A DNA stretch of 63,585 nt, counting the filler, from Bigelowiella natans CCMP2755 (lineage: Eukaryota > Protista > Cercozoa): the NCBI GenBank assembly GCA_000320545.1. It is 4 parts of 4 records of this genome, joined end to end, with 100 filler letters (N's around TTAATTAATTAA, not from the genome) between each part and the next. Parts side by side here need not be neighbours in the genome. Positions count along the whole stretch, not along the records: positions 1 to 28,699 come from ADNK01000917.1; 3 more parts are not named here. The stretch is one strand, 5' to 3'. A model generated the notes under the pieces. That model worked only from the letters and a program-made list of their open reading frames with translations, did no database searches and had not been told where the DNA came from. The stretch's first letter is position 1. Each line of letters begins with the position of its first letter. A program made the position numbers and the translations under genes. Of the stretch, positions 13,300 through 26,439 are shown one piece after another.

Positions 13300-16200
13300 T
13301 TCTCTCTCTTTCCGTATATAATATTTATGTATATAGAGTTTAAAAATCTTTCTCGAACCTCCTTCATCTCCACGCTGCTATCGCCGGTAAGAGACTCGCG
13401 TATGTTTTTGATCACGTCCATGATCATGGAAATCTCGCTGAAACGTAAATCAATATAGATGGGCGTCACAGTAATTTTACAATACGATTTGTCAACCACA
13501 GCTTCAGGGCGTTCTGAATTTCCATGGCCAAAAAGCATCGCCTGAAACTGTTGTAAGTCCATGTTGACAGTAAACTTCTGAACAATTGGCTTCTGGTTGA
13601 TCACCACACCCAGACCCTTTCGTTCCCCGTCCTGTCCCTTCTCCTCCCCGTCTACCCAGATGTGACATAACTCAGCGCTTTTTACGCTGACGGAGCAAAC
13701 AGCACTCTCTATTGGCCTTGACTTTGACTCATATCGAACATTCAGCCCGCCAGCTAAGGTAATCCCGTCCGTGGAATATTCGTAAGGTTTGCGAAGAACG
13801 ATCGCCTGCGCCTTCACAAACTGGCACTGGAATCGCAGCGACGAAGACGTAATCAGTGAAGCGTCGGCATCTCTTGCCCGCGTGAGATCAAGTCTTCTTT
13901 TCAAATCTGCAGCTATCGCGGAAAACTTCGTCAGAGCTGACAACCAGCGGCTCCTCTCCGCATGAGACCGAAGATGGAGCGTGCATAGCAGCCCTTCCTT
14001 GTCGTGACTTCGATGCTTGATGAGGATGTCTTGAGAGGCCTCGGGTACCACAGAGACATCGGCGAGGTCGATGGTGTGGATGGCAACCCCTCCAGTGTCG
14101 AGGCTAGAAGTCAGAACGTATGTTTCTCGAATCGATCCCTCATTGACGTGCTTTAGGGCTAAATATCTCTGCAGCATTTGAAACAACGGGGCATTTGATT
14201 TTCCTGCCCAGCCGTCCATGATAAGAGTGCATGGTAGCTCGAAGAAAGAGATGAGCCGCAGAAGACACCTTTCCAGAAAGATGAACCGAAGGTTGGAGAC
14301 AAGCATGTCGCAGTCGTACTCAGTCTGACCCATCGGCAGCGTCTCCAGATTCAAGCTCCCGAGATTAACGCCGCCGTTTTGTATTAGCGAAAATTGCAAC
14401 GGTGCCTCATCCTCGCTGGAAGTTTCAGGCTGGACTAGCAGGATCTCTCGAAATGGCTTATGAATTCTTCTATCGTCCGTGACGGAGTCAGATATGTTGG
14501 TGAGCGAAGCACCTTTGCGGAGGTTTAGCAATAGGGTAAGAAGATGAATGATCTATGACGAAGGTGCGGAAACACTTTGTGCATTGAGGTGATAGGTGTG
14601 TGAAATATGGGAGAAGCAGTCGGGTCAAAAAATCAAAATATGTCTGCACATTATGTTTTCCTTTTCAAAAACTAAGGAAATTTCGTCACCTGTGCAAGAG
14701 AACTCAGATGTGAAAGCAGACTTTCCGTCGGAACCGGATGTGAGGTAGCGAACGTAGTTGTAGATGCTGCAAACACGAAGTTTCAACAAGTTGTCTTTGC
14801 TCGACTGAGGGCTGAACTCCGAAGCATCATTCAGCATGAATGAGGCCCTTGGGATATTAATGCCGATAAAATAGAGGATCGATGTCGATGGGGATGCCGC
14901 TTTTAATGGCATCGCGTCTGTGTCCATGGCAGTAGTAGAGTTTTTCTCTTCCTTTGCATCATTGACAAAAGGTGGAGCATGAACCTCGGCGGTATTCATG
15001 ACGACGCACCGCTCCTCGCAAAGATTTCCCATAGATATACTCAAAATAGAGCTGTACTGCATCTTTGTAAGCGTCCCTTCGATGCCATCGACGCTTATCC
15101 AGCACCCACCCAACGACACGCTCGGACATTCCCAGCTATCGTAAATCACCTTGAGCCTTGTAACATCCAGCAGGTGAGCTCCATGATGCTGAGCTCTCGA
15201 CCCATTGTGAGACAGTATCGAAAACGTGGAAACGTCAATCTGATACCTCAGAAAGTTTCTATCGCGAACGAATTTGAAAAAGTCGGCCCTCTTTGCGACC
15301 GCCTCAGGACTTGATGCCTTAATCTCCAATGTCCTTCTCGAGATCTTTGATGTAACTAGTACCGATCCCAGTTCAGCAGAGACACCTTTGTGGCTGATTG
15401 AGTTCTCGGGGAGGACCAAGTGAATGCCTGTGAGCTCGAGTTTTATGTCTAAGAAGTCAGGCTTTGGGTCTGTGCAGAGCGTAGTGTCTACACTATGCTT
15501 CTTATCAGAACGACCACTTATCTTATTTTCCATCTTTGTTAAGTGTTTTCTGTCGATATTTGGCTTTGAGTGGGATCGTGTTGGTGGTTGGACGTTCGAT
15601 GAAGATAGTAGGCGTGTGAACGGCTCCCGAGTGAAGTAGGTCTGGATTTCGTCGTTGAATCTAATGTTTTTAGTTGGACATTAGGCGTGCGTGAGTAGAG
15701 AACATGCACAAAAAGCTGCGCTCCTGTCTACAATCATGTGAACTAGTGCAGTAGTTGCACGCAGAAATTTTTCCTCAAAAATGTCTTTAATTTCCCAGAT
15801 CGAATTTACACAAAAACATAGTAAAAAACACTTCGCATAGGAACATGAACACACACACAAACACACGTGCGTGTCGATGGAACTCCGAACATCATACCTC
15901 TTCGTGTAGACAATTTCCATACCCTTGAAACTACCGTATAACCCAGAGCTAAATCCAGGGTACTCAACTTCATGCGGATCGAACGTGCTGTATGTCAACT
16001 TTAACAACCCCACTGCAGACTCACTTTTTCTTGTGCTTATCATATTGCGATGCACGCGCCCCTTAGGTGTTTGATCCACGACGTTAATCCCGGCGAGAGA
16101 AATATCTACGTCTTGACTGAATTCGTAATTCTTGACGTCTAATGCGGCACCTTGCATTCTCATGTGAGCAACCGACTGGTCTTTCCACCTCAATAGGAAA

Positions 16201-19200
16201 CCCAACTCATCGATCCTCGCGGACATTCGCGACTCCACTCTGTGCCTTCTCTTTACCTTTGCCTCTGCGAATGGAATGATCAGCGGGCTGCCATCTTTCG
16301 GGTGGCTGGTGAAAACCCAACCTTCTTGATCGCCCTCGACAATTTTCAGGAAGATATGACCGTTTCTTTTCACTCGTTTTGCTGCCTTGAACACTGATCC
16401 TGGTTCGATTAGCAAGCCAGTCTTGAGGCTCTTGTCAGTGGACGGTTCAGATCTAAGATTAATCTTTAGACCTCGCTGGAGGAGATAGTAACAGTCCTGA
16501 GAATTAGCGTCGCACCATATCAGTAAAAATAACATCCCAAGCTGTTGAAACACAGGTGCCATGTGCATAAATTAAAACAAAAGAAATACGCATTGATTGC
16601 GCGCTATGTAGCAGCAGAAACGCAAATCACATCACATTACAGTATTGAACTGTGCATCAAGAGCACAAACCTCTTCGTCATGGTCTTGCAAAATGTTGCT
16701 GAGAGTGCTCGTCTTGAGAACCATTGTCTTCAATGATTCCCCGAACCCCTTGCTACTAGGCGAACTGAGACCATGGAAACCATCTTCCCCGAGGAGACTC
16801 TTTACAAGGAACTCTTTCGTTCCTTCGATTCTATGAGGCTCAAAGTCAACTAAGATTCTTCCAAGTCTGATATCTGTCACTACTGGAGCCGCGGATTCCG
16901 GAAATATCGGAGCATCACTCATGAAACTGTTATGCTCAAGAACAACGAAGTTGTTCTCAATACCACTATTGTGGCTTTCTCCTTTCTCCTCGACTCTTGT
17001 GGTGATTAGAGTGGGGGACGGACTTTTACAATCAAAATCATCAACATCAATCGCAGCGATAGTAACCTTGGACCAATTCTGAAACGGCAAAAATGCCATT
17101 GCGCACTCCATATCACGAATTGTGCACATCACACGCGCAATGCTGGGTTCGTGACTCCCGCTAGAACTTCCTACCAGAACTGACAGGCTTCCCATGCGCA
17201 GATCGACATGAAAGTCGACTGTGCGTTCAAGCCTCTTCAATCTTCCTGCCCACCAGTCGCGGATCTTCTCTGCGGGAATTCCGCCCCTCGTCCCCTTAGC
17301 CTCTTGAAGAAGTGCTTGTGCTTCCCGGTCCACATCAACGAGGTGTCCCAATGCGTGCTGCAACTCTGCATACGTTTGGTTGCTTTTCTCATCAAGAATG
17401 TTGTCCCTCAGCTCTCCGTCACTATATTTGCTTATTCCTCTTGGATTCTCATTGGTGTAATTCTTTGCAGTGCTTCGCACCCGCTTCGCTGGAAGATTTG
17501 TACGTGTGTCCAATCCCTCGCGAAAGACTCTCAGGATGCGGTCAAGCTTCTTCATTTTCTGCTGATCCACGCCAAACGTGATTTTCGATACCTCTCCTTT
17601 CACACGAATGGTAGGAATTGAAGCACCGAGCACCATCGATCGTGAAAAGGTTAGAGAGAGATCGAACGGGGCAAGCAAGTTCGACGGAGAGAAAGATACG
17701 ACGTTCGGTCCTTTTCGGAATCTCATCATCTCTTTCGATTTGGCCTCCATCTCCAAGTCGGCCCTGCGCTTTTGCCTCCAGTTTTCTTCAGCCTTTATAA
17801 TGAAAGCCTCAAAATTGCTCCCAGTGATGGAATAGGAGTCGTAACACCTGTTGTAGTCGTCTAGAGAGAGCTTTTTCCCTTCCCAACATTGCTGATGCTG
17901 GCCGTCCTTCCCTAGGAGTCTTAGATTGATGGGAGCATGGAGATTGTCTCTTAGGATCTGCTCTAATACTTGTTGCATCTTCTCTCTCTCTCCAAGACTT
18001 GTTGAGAGCTTGAACGAACCCGTCTCAACGACTAGCATGTCTGCACCCCTAGATGTCATGCTACTTGGGAACATGATTGTGGGCGCATCGAGGGACAAGA
18101 ACACATCAATCTGCTTGTAATTCTCGAGTGACTGTTGCACGACCGTCGTTGATGCGTCGAACGCGCGCTGGGCTTGGTTCAAAGTCCATTCCGACACGAG
18201 AGCTACACTCCTCTGAGTTTTCGCTGGGGAAGCGAAGAAGTTGGAGATGTGACTTAGTAACACTGAGTTGACGATGACAAAAACCTTCTGCAGAGTAAGC
18301 CTTAGCTTTAGATCCGCCGGACTATCGATGGGAGGAAACTCTCCATGAAATTCTAAAAGGTGGGTCACTTCGCCTCCCTTCGTGTCGTCGTGATATACAA
18401 TGTTTTTAAATGCCGTGTCTGGCGTGAACATATCCCGTACGAACAGCCCGGTGAGCCGACCTTGAACTACAGTCTGTCCCATGTTTAGGTGTGTCGTCAT
18501 GTCAACATCGCTTGCGCATGCGGTAAGTTCAGTTTCCCACGACTTGGAAAGCATCCGCAGAACGAACTCCTTCAGCTTGAACTGGACCACCACATAGGGG
18601 TAGTCTTTTGGCAATTCCCTCTTCTTTGCCTCAATTTTTAGCTCCTCCTCAGGGTCGAAGCGAATCTCGTCGTAAAGTTCCTGGACATCCCTCTCCGAAA
18701 TCTTAGGGTTCAGGTTTTCTCTCGACCCCCCCGCCCCTTCTCTCCCTCCCCCCCATAGCGAGGAGATTGAACCGATCCAACTCGTGCTCTGCTTTTCCTG
18801 CTCAAGTTTCAGAGCTGCCTGTCGAATCATGACAGTTTCCCCCTCCTTAAGCTGGTGGCGGAGCTGAGCTATCGCTTGCGCTCTACACTTAGCCAGACTC
18901 GAGAACGTGAGCTTTCTCTCAATTTCAGACAGCCTAGCCTCCCCTTTTTCATCCAGCGCATCGAGCCACATGGCGTTCAGCGTGCGCTTATACAGGCGTG
19001 TGTACTCCTCTCTCTCCTCGCTGCTACCTTCGCAAAATGAAACTTTCGATTGCGAGTCACTCATCCTCGACTGCGCGTTCGAGAGAGATAGTAGAAGCTG
19101 GAGGAAACACACGTACTGGCGCCGGGCAAGAGAAATGTCGATCTTGTCGACATTGCATGAGAGATGGTAGTGCGGCAGTCTAGAATCGAGAGGAGGATCA

Positions 19201-19829
19201 TCGTTGATGTAGAGGATAGCCTCCCCTGAGACCGGATTCAATATATGCTTGAAGTACTCTGGCTGACTGCTGAAATAAGACTTAAGATGCCTTGCGTCAT
19301 TCACAACGCGGGATCGAGTGTTCAGATAGGCACTGAGGCCCTCAAATTTCATTTTTTTGTAGAAGATCTTGGCGTTTGTATCGGTTACGAAAGTTTCATT
19401 TCCTTCTTTATTTGTTGTACACACCGAGAGTTCTCGTAAGCACAAACCGACAGCTGGCGTTCCGTTTTTACTTTCCGATCCTGGAGAATAGCCCTCGAAT
19501 CTACGGAAGAATAACACCCACAAAACTATCTAAGTACCCGTCTGTGCATAAAGTCAAGGGAACTTCTCTTAAATCCCCCATGCGCGTTTTTAATTCTTCA
19601 AAAATAAGGTTACTACCGGAAATGGATATTTCTTATACTGATCTTTAGGTTCTTCATCACTGCGAAAGCTAACTTCTCGTACAAACCGGCATCCTTGTTC
19701 TTCTGCAAAAGAGGGGGGTGACAGTTAAAAATCAAATTCTTGGAGCTACTTTTATTTGAATACAACCTTTAGATGAAGGGGCAGCCAATCGAATACTCTG
19801 CCAATCCGCGAGTTTCCTTCATGTTAATG

Positions 19830-19899
<70 letters not shown>

Positions 19900-20189
19900 A
19901 TACGAATTTACAGACACACATGCACATCGATGCACATCAGCAGGAAAAAGGCACAATTTCTGCAAGATATTGAATTGAATAATTTGCATACCTCAATTTT
20001 GACGTGATGGCAACCTCAAGAGCAGCCTTGACATCGCACCTGATATCCGAGCGTGGCCGGGCTACGAGGTACAAATCTTCAAGTATCACCTTCACAGGTT
20101 CGCTTTGTAGCTTCCATGACATCTGGATCATCACCTATATGAAGCAGAAATAAAGACGAGTTATGACTATCGAATCGCAGTTAAGGGTG

Positions 20190-20249
<60 letters not shown>

Positions 20250-20333
20250 GTGCAAATATTTAATCTTAAATATACATAATAGATTTATGTGGGTGTGCGA
20301 GTGATGAAAGTGTCTTTGTGAGAGTCTTCGTGT

Positions 20334-20369
<36 letters not shown>

Positions 20370-20390
20370 ATGTATGCCAGAGAATGTATA

Positions 20391-20434
<44 letters not shown>

Positions 20435-20436
20435 TT

Positions 20437-20476
<40 letters not shown>

Positions 20477-21074
20477 ATTTGTGTGCATTTGTGTATGCTT
20501 ATGAATGACATTTCCAACGGCCCCTGAAATCACATCGATCGGAAGTTGCAGAAAGTCCAACGCCTCGGTTTTGAGCTACAGTTAAGACGATCGAGTAATT
20601 CAGAATATAGAGCAAACTTGGTTCAAAAGAGAATAAGAGTAAACACTGAAAAATGGGTGTATCCTCTTGGGGTGATAATTGTAGAATGACCTTAACATTC
20701 TGAAGTTTAAGCTTTCCTGAAAAGGCGGCTGTCTGGAGGTCATGTGCTTTTACTCCTTCTATAAATCGATGCAAATACTGGTCCATCGCAAACCAGGAAA
20801 ATATCAGGAAATTAGAACGATGATAAGTCTCAGAGTTGCCGCAGGCACAATCCTGCTTTCTCGTTAGCCGAAACTAGGAGTGAGTTGATATGCGCACACG
20901 CGCATAGACAACGAATATTCAAATCTAGCTGTGGGCAATTTTTGAAGAACTCCGTAGGTATTTGGAGCGGCATTTGAAGTGATTGCACTAAGCTGATACA
21001 AAATCGACTACAGGTTTTATGTAAAAAAATCCTCTCACCTTGTTCAGGAAGTAGGCCGCCAGCCCTTCAAACAT
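6489..21074 (-). CDS. VPS13: VPS13-family bridge-like lipid transfer protein, multi-exon
   Basis: Exon 21074-21039 MFEGLAAYFLNK splices in phase to 20777-20691 YLHRFIEGVKAHDLQTAAFSGKLKLQNVK, then LKTEALDFLQLPI and NLKISIRNIHF (chorein_N). The middle has DLDAP-like FLSLDAPTIMFP; the VAB/SHR-BD region has WSGFFRID and PYRVENR; the C-terminus has FGADLFGNPVGL and GVGKGLLGVFAKPTAG (APT1/ATG2_C). Stop TAA at 6491-6489. Confidence 0.95.
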
Positions 21075-21754
21075 CCTTCTCTTCTTTCACCCGCCAAGGC
21101 CAAACTCACGCCGGTGATGCGTAGAGATAGTTAGCAAGAGCAGCCAGGATGGCAACGGAGGAGAGAAAGCCAGAGCGCTGGGTTGGAACACGCAGAATGC
21201 TCTCGGCTGGAGGGAGAGCGGCGGCGGGAAAGAGGCTCTAAGAGAGAGCGAGCGAGCGTGTTATGTGTCGCCAATCTGTTTCCCGTCACACGCAAATACA
21301 AACGAAACTGACACCAATCTGCATTAGGTTTTTTTGGGTGTTTTGGGGTGGTGATTTTCACGGATTTTTGCTCGTCTAAACGCTTTCGTTTTAAAATGTT
21401 TGAATTGATATCAAATTTGGACAAAAAATCTGTGGATATGTTGTCGATGCTGTTGCGATCCATTGTTTGGAAACATGCCCATCGCAATCGACGTCAATCT
21501 CGAATCTCGACTAGTGGATCTCTGATGTGTGTAGATGTTTTTTGGGTAGCAATCCATCATGTTGACCGAAACTCCACACCTTGGCCGTTGAATCCAAAAA
21601 AACTGTGGTTTCAGCCTCATGCATGTCTGTCATCACCACAGAAAAGGTGCACGCTGTGGTGGATCACTCATCGAACGTTGATGTGAAGGAAACTGTGAAA
21701 CCATCAATGTGTGCCTCAAATGGTGTCTTCGTTGAAAATGCCTCTTTTGTGTAG

Positions 21755-22285
21755 ATGAGTCCCACACCAACCGTTGGATCCATTGACGATTCGATGACGT
21801 CAGTGAGTGAGCCTTCCCACGTTTCTGAAAGTGGCACGGATGAAACAGATGATGCAACAGTGGTGGGCAAACTGCGTGCGATGAGTGGGATGGACTTGAA
21901 GAAATGGCCACACAAAGGAAAACGATGTGTGCGCCTGATCGATCGAAAGGAAATGGCAAGAACCAGAGGAGCATCGCTAGATCGGTTGAACCTGGCCATC
22001 AAACACGTCAATGGTGAAGTGATGAGGAGCAATTCAAGCAGGAGAACAAATCACATTGGCGAGCTGATGCGCTTGCATGGCAACTGGCCATGCGTGTGCG
22101 CTCACGACAATCATTTGTTTGTCACGCACGCGACGTCGCGCTTTTTGAGGCAAGCTGCAATTTGTGCAATGCATGCCAAATCCACGCTCGTGATGCATTC
22201 CATGATTTTTTCCACAAAAAAAAGTGGAAAGAATCCTGTTGAGGTTCTCCAAGTTCGCCCCTTGCTAGCTTGGTCCCGGCTCTGA
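21755..22285 (+). other. Unexplained 176-codon ORF, possibly a decayed mobile-element ORF or an orphan exon
   Basis: Frame is open from 21623 except for one TAG at 21752-21754, which also looks like a 3' splice site (cctcttttgtgtag). No recognisable family motif. Runs directly into the CTAG-rich tract at 22290. Confidence 0.25.
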
Positions 22286-22289
22286 TGTG

Positions 22290-22860
22290 TCATGTTGGAC
22301 TTAGCAGTTGCAAGTGCTAGACGAATGGACTGAGAGAGATCGCAGTCCTTGTGAGATCAAGATCGGCGCCGTCAACATGCTGTGGTACGTCGTGTTCGTT
22401 CAAAGCTAGAGTCAAAGTCACAGCTAGCTAGCTAGCTAGACACTAGCTAGCTAGGACAGCTAGACAGGTTGAACATTTGCTTCCTTCTGACATGCATTTT
22501 CGCCTGCGTGTTTTTTCTCATCATTAAAATGCTTGGTTTTGCTACGCGTAGCATGTGTCTTTGCGCTGCGCATCTGCGCGGGAAAAACTGCCGGCGTAGC
22601 GGTTGTAAGTCCGTTTGATACATGATGTATACATGTATGTACACATGTGTGTATGTTGTCGACGGTATGTGACACTCTTGTGCACACACATACATCTAAA
22701 CACAGAAGCTAATAAACGAAAAACGGGCGTATTAGGACAATGATGATATTCACCCATTCACGAGCCCTACCAAACAAATGTCGCGAAATAAGCTGCTAAC
22801 AATACGCAGATAGTCCTATGTGCAATCTAGAGATACATATATTACAAATATACGGTACAG
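22290..22860. repeat. CTAG-rich degenerate tract downstream of the SmE 3' end
   Basis: (GCTA)n run cagctagctagctagctagacactagctagctaggacagctag at ~22420-22462, plus frequent CATG/TGCA/GTAC. Confidence 0.6.
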
Positions 22861-22986
22861 TACACATGTGGAAATTTTGACCAAACTCTGATACTTAAAT
22901 TTTACTTAACAATCCAACGACATTTTTATTCCTAGCACATTTAATTCGAATATTGACGTCCCAGGGGTTTTATCCGCCTTGATGTT

Positions 22987-23880
22987 CTACTTGCTGCCTC
23001 CCACTTGCATAAGAAGAGTGATATTATCGCCCTTCAATAATATGCGCCCTTTCACATAAAATAAGGGTCAGGCAAGACACAAAGCTCAACTAATCAAATT
23101 ACAAACCTAACGAGGTCTTCTGCTTTTTCTTCATGTCAAGTTCCTCCGCATCATCGAGGACTAGATTCATGTATTCGTCGAAGCCCTAGCAAGAAAGAAA
23201 AGAGGGTGATTGATTCAGACTAGGGATAAAAAATGGAAAGATGAACATCAATATATTATTTATAATGCGTGTGCGTGTGCGTGTGTGTATGTGTGTGTGT
23301 GTGTGTGTGTGCGCGTGCTTGCTTGGATGATAGGGAAAAGAGCAAGCTTCCCAACCATATAAATATTCTATATACACAACTGCCATGTGTATTTGGGAGT
23401 ATATATAATTATGTGAATGCGCTCAGTATTTAGAGATGTTATCATTTATTCTATTTGGGGTATTATTTACTTACAATTATGACTCCTTCGATCCGCATGT
23501 TTGTTTGCTCGTACAACATAATCTGGATCCTAGATTTCTGTAAAGTGGTATGAAATTCTATCAAGCGTTACTGCTTACTTGCAGTGGAATCATAATAATA
23601 CAAATGTTAATGTTAACTTACGTTCTGGAGCAGCCGAAAAATCTGGTTCTAAGTTCACATCATGAAATATCGTGCGTTAACACAAATTCTACGGAAGCAT
23701 AATTCACATAGTAGTAAATATTTAACAGAATCCACACTTTACACTGCGCCACCACAACCAACTCAGCCGGAATTACGCAAGTGACTGTTTCGAGGGTTTT
23801 GCATTAACATGCTTTCTGTTGCGAGATTGTGAATGTCTACTTACGATCGGCTGCGTCATAACTTTCTTTCTCTGCGACAT
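22987..23880 (-). CDS. SNRPE: Small nuclear ribonucleoprotein E (SmE), 5 exons
   Basis: Spliced: MSQRKKVMTQPI|NQIFRLLQN|KSRIQIMLYEQTNMRIEGVII|GFDEYMNLVLDDAEELDMKKKQKTSL|GRILLKGDNITLLMQVGGSK*. Sm1/Sm2 motifs closely match known SmE; GT-AG junctions are in phase. Confidence 0.97.
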
Positions 23881-25173
23881 GGTAGCTATTTTTTTGTGTC
23901 CCTTGGACTAAGCGGGGCTATTTTCAGAGGTACTGAAAATGGAAAGGTGAGGGAAGGGGAAGGTGTTGGCGGAATGGAGGTCCGTGGGATTTCGCGTAAA
24001 AGTGTGCAGATCCCTATCTTACTTCATGCAGACAATTACTTTCGGTTGTCGCTATTCACAAATGAACGATAGTATCGAAATATGACAAAAATCCCCTTTG
24101 ATTGAGGTCTCTTCGGCAAGTGCGGATAAGATAATTCAGCCATCATATGGATCTGTTGAATATTATTATATGCTTTGTATGAATAATTGCGAATACTGTG
24201 ATTGACGTTTATAAAAATCTATATATATTTTAGAATATCATTTCAATATTATGATGCTTATATATCTCAAATATGAAATGCGTATTTGACAAAGTCTCTC
24301 AATACCGGCATTATGATAATTACATTACACTTAGTAAATACCAGATGATTTATCGATAAATATTTGTCCTTCATCTCCGATTCAAATAAATAATTTAAAG
24401 GGCGTTTATGTTTCAAATTCCTTCGAATACACCAGATTATTTCAGTGATGTAGTACAATACTGCAAAATTTCTATCTCGGCAATCTTTACCTCTTTCCTC
24501 TCTTGTGGAACGGGCCGACGGGATTGATCATCTCAGATTTGTAGAAAATAGGCCCCTATTTAGCATAAAGGTTCAATAGTTGGGCAACAATTAAACCAAA
24601 TCGAGTTTCAAGGCTGTCCATCGACGTGTCACTAGTTCTGAGCTTTTCAAATCTATGCTCCGACGAGTATAGCTTTATTCAGATGTATTAAAATACCTAC
24701 GGCAAGAAAATATTGTTAAAAAGAGCATATCTGTAGGAGATTCCGTACTAAAATATTGATTCGGTATCTCCATATAATGCTTAGAATATGGCTCCAGGCC
24801 ACGTGATTTACCAGCTTAAAGTGAAATTTTCAAATGAGAGACTTTCTCGAAAATATGTTCACCGTCAACTTTATTATTTTGTCGTACAGTAATTAATAGT
24901 GTATTTATTACATTATTAAATACCAAAAAATAACTTAGCTTGAATTGTAGCTCTGAAAGCGACGCAGGCGGCGCCTTTCAAAACGTTGAATTTAATTGCT
25001 TGAATATGAGATGTCCTGGTCGTCGTTAATTTTATAATAAAATTTATGATCTGTACAAGTCGTATATATTTATACACATATATTTTATATTTTCTTTTCA
25101 AATTATGTTCAATAATTTTAGGACTGAATCCTATCAGCCCCGACCTACTACGCAAAGACCAAAAAAAGCAACC

Positions 25174-26167
25174 ATGATCGCTCCCGCCCCAGCAAAGAAA
25201 AGCTCCCAGTTCCTCGTCATGGCTTCTGTTGCCCTCAACGTTGTCCTTCTCGCTGGCATTGCTTTCATGCTCTGCTCCGGTACAATCGCAAATAAATGTA
25301 GGGGTTGCAAATAAACGCATGTTGGGGGTGGGATGCAAACAAAATTAGGGGATGGCAACAGGATGATAATGAACATTCTGCTGTCTATTTTCCAGATGGG
25401 CGATCTACTAACTTACTCTCCTAGATATAATTGAAAGAAATGAGAACCTTTAATGCTGAATCGACTTTCCTATGCTGATTTAACAGCGAACCAGGTTGGC
25501 GCTCCTCTCGTGCGCAGAGCTGTGTCTTCCCGCACTGGTAAGTTGGATACTCCATAACATTCAGAACAACATTTCCTCGGTCTTAAAACTAAAAATGACG
25601 AATTCAATCAACAGCTGCACCTGTTCGTAACCTCGCTGCATATGCTAAGCCTCAACAGATGACCTTCCAGAAGGTGGTTGATTCAATCTAGCAGTTGGGA
25701 TTTAGGGGCTGTTGCTTTTAAATCTGTTTGTACACGATTCTTGATGCCGAACGTCCTTCGAACACATGCTTATATGTATATCCTCTACGCTCGATGTCTC
25801 ATTCGCATCTCGAAACATAGGGTGCTAAGATGGCTGGTCTTTCTGCTGCTACAAGCGCTGCTCTCATGCAGGGTGTTGCTCAAGCTGCTGAGAACGCCGA
25901 ACTCGTTAGTCGACTTTTCATTTCTTTGATACAACGAATATAGCATGTTAAGTGTACCTTGAAAGTGAGATGAGGATGTAATCGGAGAGAGAGTACAGGG
26001 AAGAAAAGTCACATGACCGATTCTAAGCAGACATTGACCATCAACTCTTTTTATAGATCTACCAGGAAGGACCTAACCCACCTCTGGTTGAGTTTGCATG
26101 GGGAATGTTCGGAGCTATGTTCACCTTCTCCATTGCTCTTGTCGTCTTCGGCCGCAGCGGTTTGTAA
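25174..26167 (+). CDS. petN: Nucleus-encoded cytochrome b6f subunit PetN precursor (136 aa, 5 exons) with signal, transit and thylakoid-type leader
   Basis: Exons 25174-25279, 25487-25537, 25615-25673, 25821-25904, 26057-26167 sum to 411 nt. C-terminus LVEFAWGMFGAMFTFSIALVVFGRSGL* matches PetN (W..L...FTFS.SLVVWGRSGL). N-terminal hydrophobic MASVALNVVLLAGIAFMLCS is followed by an R/A/S-rich segment. Confidence 0.93.
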
Positions 26168-26439
26168 ATGAGTTCAACGCTAGAATAATGGCGTTTCACT
26201 TTAGTTAGCCAAGGGGTCGGTCGGTATCCTTTTCGTGGCAGAAAGAAGCCACAGGAAGCACCAATGCAACATAATATGTATCCTCAGAGAATTTAGACCT
26301 TCTTAGGAGGCATATGCTTTGATCTTCGTTGTGCATACTGTGGTGATCATTATGTCACATTATTAGAAAAATTCCTAATGTACCTGGATTATATTCTCTG
26401 CTAGTACCTGCGTTTCTGATAAAATATTCATACAATTAC

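Noticed and set aside
20499-20786. ORF-track Met at 20786 as the VPS13 start
   Set aside because: The upstream mini-exon MFEGLAAYFLNK (21074-21039) splices in phase at 20777 and matches the chorein N-terminus better.
24800-24805. G-box CACGTG upstream of petN
   Set aside because: A single 6-mer is expected by chance; no other support.
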